The translations under genes and the position numbers were made by a program. A stretch of 64,000 bases of DNA from NCBI RefSeq assembly GCF_009914755.1, contig NC_060939.1; one strand, given 5' to 3'. This stretch comes from the human T2T-CHM13v2.0 reference genome, Homo sapiens. Position 1 is the first letter of the stretch; the number at the start of each line of letters is the position of its first letter. Of the stretch, positions 47,430 to 64,000 are shown piece by piece. The notes under the pieces were generated by a model. It was not told where the DNA came from and made no database searches. It saw nothing but the letters and a program-made list of their open reading frames with translations.

Positions 47430-47826
47430 TGCATTAGGCCATTTTTGCATTGCTATAAACAAATACCTGAGGCGGGATAATTTATGAAGAAAAGAAGTTT
47501 ATTTGGCTCACAGTTCTGCAGGCTGTACAGGAAGTGTGGTGCTGGCATCTTCTTGGTTTCTGGTGAGGCCTCAGGAAGCTTACAGTCATGGCACAAGGCA
47601 AAGGGGAAGCTGGTGTTTCACATGGCAAGGGCAGCAGCTAGAGAGGGAGGGGAGATGCTACACTCTTTTGGATCCTGCAAGAATTCACTCACTATTGTGA
47701 AGACAGCATCAAGCCATGAGGGTTTTGCCCGCAGGACCCAAACACCTCTCACCAGGCACCACCTCCAACACTGGGGATTACATTTCAACATGAGATCTAG
47801 AGGGGACATACATTCAAACCACATCA
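47430..47826 (-). mobile_element. MaLR solo LTR (MSTA/MSTB)
   Basis: TGCATTAGGCC...TTGGCTCACAGTTCTGCAGGCTGTACAGGAAG...CAAACCACATCA; 5-bp TSD ATGGG. Confidence 0.93.
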
Positions 47827-50035
47827 ATGGGCTTTAGGAAATGTGTTGTTCTTTTTTGTTAATGTAAACAAAACTGTAATAAATATTTTAACATATATCT
47901 TAAATGTATATATTACTCACTGTATTCTGTAGGCTAATTTATAAAATTATTGTGTTAAATAGGATGCAAATTCAAATTTTCATGTATATTCTCAATTCCT
48001 CTCCTAACAACCGTGCATGTGAGTGCACCTTTTCTTAGGCCCCTCAGACTTTGGCCTTCATCAAAATTCTTCATCTTTCCTTATTTGATGGGCTAAATGT
48101 GGAATCTCAACTTCAAGTCAAAGCAGCACTGAAAGAGCCTGTGCTGAAGGCTCCCTCTTCTCTAATCACATAGATAAAATATGCATGGGAATAAAACCTA
48201 AAAATGTGTAACCAGGCTGTAAAACAGGAAAAGCATATCTGTGGCTGAGAAATCTAGAAAAGCAGAAGGTGCAGAGCTGATGGAAGCCTCTGGCACCCAG
48301 GAAGAATGGGAAGTGAGCCATCTCAGTGCTTAAAATGACCTCCTGCCCCCACAGCCTCCTGCTCTTGAAGGGTGGGGAGAAGCTGCTGCTTCCTGGGACA
48401 GCTGGGAAGTGTGAACCCCAATTGGGAGCACTGAACCGTGACATGGACCTGGCCTCTGCTGACCTGGGGATGGTATATGCAATGCCCCCAGGTTCACAGA
48501 GAAACACACACTGGACTCAATAAGATGAAATGTGGTTTCGGACTGAGGGTCCAAGGATGTAGATATTGTCAGTTGCAAAATTGTTAGGTATAGTAGAATA
48601 GGGAGGAGAGGGACATGGAAAATAAAGTTCCCAAACACATAAGGAATTCTTATGCTAAGAAAGTCTAGCCTCTTCCCACAAAATGCCAATAAATAAAGCA
48701 TATTTTCACTGAAAAAACTAATGAAAATAATAACATCATAAAAATAGGCAGCAGGGGCAACTAGTTCTGGAACCAAATGGAATGACAGAGTTCTCCCCAT
48801 TTCTCCAGCTAAGCCCTGAACATTATACAGAAAACAAACATCAGATGCTGAAGGGGAGAGAGAAAAAGGGAGACCAACTAGGGATGTCAGGACAGAAAAA
48901 TAACTCAGCAGCGAGCTCCCTGGGATTTATTTCTGCCTTGCATATTCCAAACACTGCCAACAGGTACAGACAAAACAAAAAGTCTCAACAAAAGCCTGCT
49001 TCCCTTGGCTAAGGACCAGGAAAGAGGCAACCTAGAAACAAAACAGGTGGAAATGAAATAAGATTAAGTGGACTCAAACAATTAAAAATAATAAAAGTGA
49101 AAACATATAGACAATGACATTTATAAACCTCAATGGACAGAATGAATACATTTTAGATGATTAATGAATTCAAAGTAAAAGTGAGGATCACCGATCATAG
49201 ATCATAGTGAGGACCTTCTAAACAGGGAAATTTTTGAAAGTGAAAAGGGCATAGTAATTTCACAGGGACAACATGCAGGGACCAAACTATCCCATGCAAA
49301 TAGGGAAATACAGTCCACACACCCACCACCAACCTCAGAGTTAGAGACAAATAAAAGTTAATGAAAGGACAGTGATTAGAAAGCAAAGGAAAAGTAAAAG
49401 TTTCCAACATAAATTTGGCTGGAATTTCAGAATAAGAAACCAAAGGAAATGGCAGAAAAGCAATTTTACAACAGAGAATTCAGATATTTTGTAAGGTAAG
49501 GGAGCTTTCAAATTAAAATTGACTAGGAGTATCAAGTGAGATAAATAAAAACATACACACCAAGGCATGTCTTAGTGAACCCAAAGATGGAAAAAAAAAT
49601 CTTAAAAGCTTTTGAAGAGAAAAGATAAGGTAGCTACCTAGGAATGACAGAGAATGGTCATAGAGTTTGCAAAAGCAATTGTCAGAACATTGTGAATAAT
49701 ATCTTCAAAAGGACTGAATATAAACAAGTATCAAACGAGAATTTTATATACAGATTAAAAAATTTTTCAAGGGTTTTTGGAAGATGGTACAAGTAGCAGT
49801 ATTGTTTTTGAATTTCTCTAGGCGCCCCCATGAACACACAGAAATGGAGACAGCAAAACACAAATTCAGTAGCTATCTCCTACGGTAAAGCTAGATAACC
49901 CAGTGTCCCTAAGAGCTCAAAACACAAGAGGAGAGATATGAACCACTGACCTCCAAAAGACATGCACGGCTCTGGCAGAAGAGAGAACAATGGTTGTCTG
50001 ACAGGCCTGAGGCCTTCAGTATGACTGACTAGAAG

Positions 50036-50579
50036 GCAGGCCTGACTTTAAGGCCCTGCCACCAGTGCCCAGAAGGGGCTCTCACTGGGAAGTTAGTGAT
50101 TGATCAGCAGTTGCTGTCTAGAAATTCTTAATGAGTTCATCTTTAAACTTGTCCAATAGTACATGGAGCATGCACCAGGGGTTTGGAGACTCAGCACCTG
50201 TGTGGCCCTGGGTCTCACTGCCTCCCTGCCTCTGCATAATGTGTTCTCAGCCCTCTGCTTCCCTGCCTCTGCCCAAGGACCTCAGCCACGCTTCATCTCC
50301 TGTGGGGACCTGGCACCAGGAGGCCTGGGGTTGGGCATGTGCGCCCCAATGAAGGGAACTGTGGATTGGGGCTTTGGGGCCTATAAAGGTTTGCACTCAC
50401 CCCACAGGTATTCCTGGGCTCAAGTGAGTACAACATTAAACAGCAAATAAAAGTCACCAGAACAGGTTCGGAGAGAGATCACAGAAAAAAGGGAAAACAT
50501 TTTTTCTTTCTTAATTTGAACAAGGGTTTTACATTTTTGTTTTACATTGGGTCTCACAAAAATTACATGGCAAGCCCAG
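50036..50579 (+). mobile_element. MER45-family (hAT-Tip100) relic
   Basis: GAAATTCTTTAATG...ATCTTTAAACTTGT...ATGGAGCATGC and end TTTTACATTGGGTCTCACAAAATTACATGGC. Confidence 0.6.
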
Positions 50580-51128
50580 TGTGATGGTTGATATTGAGTG
50601 TCAACTCGATTGGATTGAAGGATGCAAAGTATTGTTCCTGGGTGTGTCTGCGAGGGTGTTGCCAAAAGAGATTAACATTTGAGTCAGTGCACTGGGAGAG
50701 GTGGACCCACCTACCCTCAATCTGCATGGGCACCATCTAATTGGCTGCCAGCACAGCTAGAATAAATCAGGCAGAATTTGGAAGGACTTAGCTTTCTGAG
50801 TCTTCTGGCCTTCATCCTTCTCCTGTGCTGGATGCTTCCTGCCCTCCAACATCAGACTCCAAGTTCTTCGGCTTTTCAACTCTTGGACTTACACCAGTGA
50901 TTTGCCAGGGGCTCTTGGGCCTTCAGCCACAGACTGAAGGCTGCACTGTCGGCTTCCCTACTTTTGAGGTTTTGGGACTAGGACTGGCTTCTTTGCTCCT
51001 CAGCTTGCAGACGGCCATTGTGGGATTTCACCTTGTGATCATGTGAATCAATACTCCTTAATAAACTCCCCTTCATATATACATCTATCCTATTAATTCT
51101 GTCTCTCTAGGGAACCCTGACTAATACA
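50580..51128 (+). mobile_element. ERVL solo LTR MLT2A
   Basis: TGTGATGGTTGATATTGAGTGTCAACTCGATTGGATTGAAGGATGCAAAG...AATAAACTCCCC...GAACCCTGACTAATACA; near-TSD CCCAG/CCCTG. Confidence 0.95.
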
Positions 51129-52381
51129 CCCTGCCAATGGCTACTTTCTGGAAATCCCCAGAAGGCCAACTTTTGAAAGCAGCTGGAATTGGGAAGGATT
51201 TGCTCATTCTTAAAGCCAGGGAGAGCCAGAATATCTCAGAAAGGACAGCAGAGCAGACAAGGTCCTGAAAACGCTCAGTAATAATAAGCAAACCTCCCTT
51301 CAGGACAAAGCCCCAAAATAGGAGGAAACTGGAAGGGCAGAGTTCAAATTGAACTGGATGGAGATAACAATAGAGAAAACGGGAATTAAAATCCAGTTAT
51401 GACTGGGGAGGCGAATAGAGTCAGACTCCTAGAAAGCAAAATGCCATGTTTTCGAACACTTTCTCAAAACAACAGGTCACTTGTGTTAGCAGTCACAATT
51501 CAATCAGAGAAGCAGCACCACTAGCATGTCTGTGTGCGTGTTTGTGTGCATGATTGTGTAACAGCAAATCTTAGGAGCTGCTTCACCAGCCTTTGAGAAG
51601 CTGTTATATTTGCCTCTGGAGCTGCAGTCTGGAGTTCACACCGAGGCAGTTAGCCAGGAAGGGAAGATGTCTGTACAGTGGGGAAGAGCAACAGCAAGCA
51701 GGAACTCACAAGCACATGTTGGAACCTTGTGAGGATGGGATGACATCTGGGTCAGACTTGCTGCCCCCGACATTAGTGGAAGTGGTATCCTGCAGAAGCT
51801 GTGGCTCTGTGTCATGGAGCTAAACACATGCTTGGCCCAGAAGATGCAGAAGCTGAAGGAAGATCCAGTGGAGGATGAAGCCCAGCCACTGCTTCACACC
51901 AAGAAAGTGAGTCAGCAGATCAGTTCCAATACCTGTAAGCTTCAAAATGGCTGATGTTCCAGGTCTTCCTTCCAAAGCTCCCCCAAAAACCTCTCTAGTC
52001 GAGCCAAAAAAATACAGTGAAGGGAATTCTGAAAAACAGTTTGGCCTTGTCAAATAGGCACATTACAAAACTACCACAGTACTCGAGAGCTGTGATACAA
52101 GAAACGCTTCTAAATCATGCCTCCATTCTGAAAATTTAGAACTATAATGTCATGTAAAGATAGTAACAGGGAAATAAATCAAAGGAATGCAAACATTCTA
52201 TGGAAAAAATGTTAAATGCTTGCCAGAACGACATTTTGATGAAAGGATTAAAAGTGTACCAACAGAGGGATACACTTTGATTGTTTATAGAAATCTATAT
52301 CCTATAACTTTTAAAGTAATTGTCTAAGAAAATAGATGGAAAAAACAAAAGAACAGTGTAAATTAAATGATAGAATTCAGG

Positions 52382-52965
<584 letters not shown>

Positions 52966-54095
52966 TTATAAACAAGAGATTTGAAACAATGAAATAATAA
53001 ATTGCATACCTGGGAAAGTCAACTCAGAACAACCAACACCAAAACACAGTTAAAAAGAAAATGTCCTTTCTCTTTCTTTTTAAATATTTAGGGGAAAAAA
53101 AGGAAAAAAGTGATGTAAAACAAAGAGAAAATTAGCTTATCAGACTTTCAAGAGCAGCATTTTGTGCCAGAATAAAAGGAACATTATAAAGATACTCAAC
53201 TTTTTAAAAAATGAGCTGAGGATTTTATATCCTAACAAACTGACTTTCAAGTATAAAGGGAGCAAACTGTCATCAATATGGAATAACATACAGAATATTT
53301 TCCATGGGCCCTTTCTTCATAATGTACTGAGAATGAGGTTTAAATAATGAACATTACTGGAGAGACAGTGGCATAAAGACTGGCTGAGCATTAAATATAT
53401 ATTTCCATGGAGAGCTAAGACGAAATCTGCGATATGAGGGAGAGTAGAGCATGTAATAGTTATATACTTTGACAATGGGTGGAAAGCAGAATTTTCTAAA
53501 AAGGGAAAGAGAAAATGGAAAAAGCATATGCAAAACAATTTTTAAATGCTTCTCTATAATCATGTTGGTGACAATGTTGCTATTGCTACTCTCCTTATGT
53601 TTTGCTTGAAATGTGAGATGAAGAAAATAAGCAATACATGTGTTATTTGAATCCCCAGGGCCCTTCAGAACCAAGACTTTTAGAAGCTGCAAGTGTGAAA
53701 TAGAAAAGATTAAGTAAGCACTCTGAAATCCTAAATTTGAACTCATAGGATATTTTTCATAGATAGATAGGTATCCTAAATCTGTCCACTGACGAGGCCC
53801 AAAAATAACATTTGCAACTAAAAGGTACCAGAGTTTCTTAGAGAAATAGTTGAAATAGCTAATTCTAGGTCTGGGGTGGGAAATATAGAAAATAAACAGA
53901 GGAGCTCAGAATATCATCGTACCACAGAGAGCAAGGGCACCAGCCAAGACCAGCAGGATTGCGCTAAAGGAACTTGGGAGTCAACCTGTAGAACAGGCAC
54001 TCACCAAACCATGGGGCAACTTGAGGATCAGTAAGGATAACGACCGTAATCAAAACACACCAAACAGGGTTCTCTGTGAGCTCATAATGATACAC

Positions 54096-54495
54096 TGTAT
54101 TAGTCCAGATCCACCAATATAGAATTAAATGTGAAAGGATTTTATTGGAGGAAAAGACCCTGTGGGAAAAAAGTAGGGCGCATGCTAGAGAAGTCTGGAG
54201 ATCTATCAGACTGCAATGTGTATCTGATCCCAAGTGAAGGAGGGAGGGAGGAAACATGGCATTGAAGAGTCTTGGACTGCCAGGAAGAAAGGTTCAGCAG
54301 GAGCATTGAGAGCCCTTGAGCCCAAGTTGGTTGTCAGCAGAGTTCAGCATCTCTTAGGAACAGTTTTCCTGGGAACAAGAAGCAGGATGTTGTGAGACAT
54401 GGCCTATCACAAATACTGGGATGGACTTTGTAGCTCCATAGCTGCGACTCTTGTTGAATTATGCTATCTGAAGTTGGCAGTTGGCATGGACACCT
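54096..54495. mobile_element. Old ERVL LTR (LTR16-like)
   Basis: TGTATTAGTC start; ATCAGACTGCAATG...AAGTGAAGGAGGGAGGGA; CCTTGAGCCCAAGTTG. Confidence 0.55.
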
Positions 54496-54773
54496 GGACA
54501 CACACACACACACCCCTACCTGATTAGTTAACTTTATAGGACACTAAGGGACCAGGTATCTGTGTTAAAATCTCATAAATAAAGGGAACATGTATACTTC
54601 CTTTCCTGTGCAAACTACCACTCAGAAGCTAATGGCAGATGTGCGGATATCTTTAAAGGAAGAGGGAATGATAGAACTGGAGCATTGCCACTTTGCAACA
54701 CCTACAAATCAAACAAATCTAAGTACTAGCTTCTAAGAATCTATTGCTACTAATTACAAAAAAAGAAAGATAA

Positions 54774-55070
<297 letters not shown>

Positions 55071-55852
55071 AGAAAGATAAGTATATATTGTGTGCCTCTT
55101 GACAATGAACACAATGAACACAACAGCACCGATGGTGTAATCTTCCTCCCCAAAGTGAAATCTGAATCAGATTAAGTTTATAGATTCAACTACTAATCTG
55201 CAGGAAATCTAGAGGATAAATGAAACATTAAACTCTACCATGGGAATGCAATCAGCAGAATCAGCAGAATCTTGACTCTACAGGATTGGTTTCTAAAATG
55301 AAAAAAAAATCTTTCAGTTTAGGAAGATACAGAGAGAAATTTTTAAAAATCAGGCTAACCTAAACTCACTGTTTAGGGCTCCTCAACTAGATAATGAAAT
55401 AATAATAAAGAGTAATAAGGGTATTTCCAGAAAAGCTAGAGCAGGAGTTAGTCTTGTTAGGGGAGGATGGTGCTTGTCTTGGGAAGGTGGCCTGAACCTT
55501 CTGTGGTTGCTGCCAAGTTCTCTCTAATTTATGGGTGGAGTTAAAGGGACATTTATTTTGTAATAACTCATCAAGTGGTACACTTGGTCTAAACTGCTTT
55601 CCGTTTTCCTTTATTCTGACAAAAAATACACAATTCAAATGGAAAATAAAGACATTTATAGACATACGATGGCAGAGAACTTACCATATAAAGAGACTCA
55701 CTAAAAGTAAAGATATATGTTTATAGAAAGAGTAAACGTAGGGGGAAAGAGAGTGAATTAAGAAACCATATGTTGATAAAATTAATTAACTATGCCTATA
55801 TAAATTATACTGGTAATCTTAAGTAAATAGCAGATATAAAAAGTAACTTTCC

Positions 55853-61285
<5,433 letters not shown>

Positions 61286-61536
61286 TTTGATGTCTTTTGT
61301 AAATATTGAAAAGTTCTCAGAATTTATTCTTTGAATAGTGCTTTTGTCTTACATTCACTCTCCATTTAATGAAAGGATCTTTTATATCTGAAAGACCTGG
61401 GGAGGAAGGTAGCCACCCAGCAAAGTCATCTGACCTTTTTGATTGTGGTGTGAGGGAGAAAGAAACTTTCATTGTGGTAAGCCAATGAGAATTGAGGATT
61501 ATCACTGCAATGGACATCACCCACTATGATAACTAG

Positions 61537-61890
<354 letters not shown>

Positions 61891-61899
61891 TAGTTTATT

Positions 61900-64000
61900 T
61901 TTCAGTGTCCTATTATCTCAAATTGTGAGGCACACATTTTCCTGTTTACTCTGCCTACTGACTTTCCCTAATTGACGATGGCCTAGGATGATGTAGAGTT
62001 TGTTTCCTTGAATGGTTTATATTTTTTATTTTGAACTGATTTTCATGGATATTGCGATTTGGGGGCATTTTTTGGAGTCCCATGTGTGTAAAGTTACTAA
62101 ATCTTCCTCCAGAGGAATTCTTGAATTCTAAACCATATAATACACATTTGGACTCCACACCTAAGCCTAATGCACTTTTTGGTTTTTAAATGTGTAATTA
62201 TCTTTTTCCCCCTATCCGGAGCCCAAGCAGAAAACATGCTTCCTTCCACTTCCCTGGCTAATGGTTGAGGTTTCCTGGTCTTTTTTACACTGGAAAGGAG
62301 ATTACACCAATTTCTGGATTTATGTGAATATCTCAGTTCCAGTTCCCCACCTCTCATAGGCCCCAAGCCCAAGGTCACCTTACCTCCTGAGAGTGTGTTA
62401 AAATTTCCCTCTTACCCATAGAATCTATATTTTTGGTATGCCCAGGCATGTATTCACATCCTGCTATGTTTTATTTGCTGTTTTTTTTTTGTTTTTTTTT
62501 TGTTTTTTTTTTTTTGCTTTGGGAACGGGAGTGAGTGTAGAACCTATACAGTCCCGTCAGCTCTATTCCAAGAATGTTCTGCTCTTTTCTTCGTTTCACA
62601 AATGAAAAACCTGAGTCCCATAGATGGGAGTCAATACAGCCAAACTCACAGACCTACCTATGGCACAGGGGAGACTGAAGTTTATTTTCCAACTTCCAGC
62701 AGTCCTACATTGTAAGCTGAGTGAGTGGACTGCGCTTGCAGGTCCTCCAGGTGCCTAGCGAGAACAGAGGACAAATAAATATTTACGAATTGCTTGTCTC
62801 ACCTGAAAATGGTTTATTTCTAGGTTTCTGATATTATGGGGTGCAATGGCGGTAAAGAAGCAGTTCTGGTTTCAGGAATGTGATCCTGATAGCCATACTC
62901 CAGAAAAAATAAATAAATTCCCTTGGCCCCATGGGCTCATGCTCTTCTAGAAGGGAAGACAGGGCTCTTAGGTACTTTCAGCGCTCGTAGAAGAGTGTTG
63001 TTACAGTCCCATGACCAGTGCAGGGGATGTGCCACTGAGAATCTTTTCACTGATGCTTCATGGGCTTTCTCTATTCTGCTACTGGGTTTTATTTCCCTTC
63101 TTCTAATTCTCCCTTTACCAACAACTAATCCCCTGTAGATAATTAATTCATCAAGTGCCTGCTCTGTGATGTCCGGACTGCTAGAAGTGGTAGGGGGACT
63201 CAAGAGCCAGATGAAGCTAAGGGCACGCCTGTCTGCTCTCCAGGGACCCCTGGCGTCCCTTTCTCCTGGCAGAATGACTGCTATCCTTTGAGGTGAATCC
63301 AGTTCAGCTGTCACCTCTTCTATTAACCACTCTCCAAAAACAGCTAATCCTTCTTCTAGGCTCTTACCGCAGTTATGAAAGCCTATGCTGACCCTTTGTT
63401 TAAACATGTGTACATTAACAGTAATACACTTAAGACACTTCATGGCAAGGGCAATATACTGCGTTATTCTTCCAAATCAAATAGTTGGGCTCAGTCCCCC
63501 ATTCCTGCTACTGGGGTACAGTCAAGCTCAGTCACCTTTTGGTGAGCCTTTCCCTAGTTCTTGGAGTCTTAAAAGAATCCCGTGGTTTTCGGCAGTTCAG
63601 AAACCCAGGCATTGCCGCTGCGTGGTCCACGGGAGTTGCTCTGGTGGAGCTCGGATGCCCGGGGGCTGCAGGAAAGAAGGTGGCAGCGCCCCCTACGCGG
63701 ACGCAGGGCGCTGCTGTGCTCAGCAGAAGGGAGCAAATGGGATGGAGCTTCAGCCACCCTGGAAGCCGCCCCTTGGCGCCTTCCTCCCTCCCTTCCTCTT
63801 TCCAAAATCAAGCCCCCTCTTCAACATCAAGAACTCTCCGCACTCCCTGGACCTCTCAGAGCCTCTCCTCATTTACTCTTTCCAATGCGCTGGCTCAAAA
63901 GAGCCTAGATAAGAACACCAAGTTCTGGCTGTCCTTCCAGCAAAGAGTTAGGAGTTAACTTTTCAATCTTTTTTAATCTCCTTTAAAAAAGAATGAGCCA
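61900..64000 (+). promoter_or_regulatory. CHRNA7: Repeat-poor upstream flank / CpG-island shore, probably the distal promoter of the alpha-7 nicotinic acetylcholine receptor gene (exon 1 outside the window)
   Basis: Seen: CpG density rises at 63580-63900 in unique sequence. Gene identity rests only on recollection of the CHRNA7 5' flank matching the terminal sequence (...GAGTTAACTTTTCAATCTTTTTTAATCTCCTTTAAAAAAGAATGAGCCA); needs BLAT confirmation. Confidence 0.55.
63684..63702 (-). promoter_or_regulatory. CTCF-like motif in a CpG cluster
   Basis: Reverse complement GTCCGCGTAGGGGGCGCTG; perfect 3' half AGGGGGCGCT, one mismatch at the conserved second C. Confidence 0.5.

Noticed and set aside
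62937-63958. ORFs of 157-175 aa at the right edge
   Set aside because: Overlap in several frames with no homology I recognise; none resembles a nicotinic receptor or other known protein

Overview
Primate, almost certainly human, non-coding genomic DNA. It is dominated by interspersed repeats: 13 Alus, a patchwork of old L1M fragments, two younger L1PA 3' ends, MaLR/ERVL LTRs (MLT1, MST, MLT2), and Tigger1, MER81 and MER45 DNA-transposon relics. No protein-coding exon or structural RNA gene can be supported, and the supplied ORFs are repeat- or low-complexity-derived. From memory (unverified), the end of the window resembles the 5' flank of human CHRNA7 (15q13.3), with the start codon lying less than about 1 kb beyond the right edge. 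The most notable non-repeat structure is a GC-richer island at about 6-14.5 kb. It holds a 1.8-kb strand-biased TG-rich tract bracketed by divergently oriented CTCF-consensus motifs (9172 minus, 9717 minus, 12158 plus), followed by a 49-bp minisatellite with a higher-order dimer. A CTCF-like motif at 63684 (minus) is convergent with 12158. Other oddities are a ~150-190-bp dispersed duplication (555 vs 2564), a perfect 25-bp inverted repeat (44148-44221), a (AC)10(GT)9 palindrome and a very young AluYa5-like insertion. I found no evidence for a new gene system; the best lead is a candidate insulator/long-range regulatory architecture. Boundaries of old L1 and LTR elements are approximate, and subfamily names were assigned by eye.
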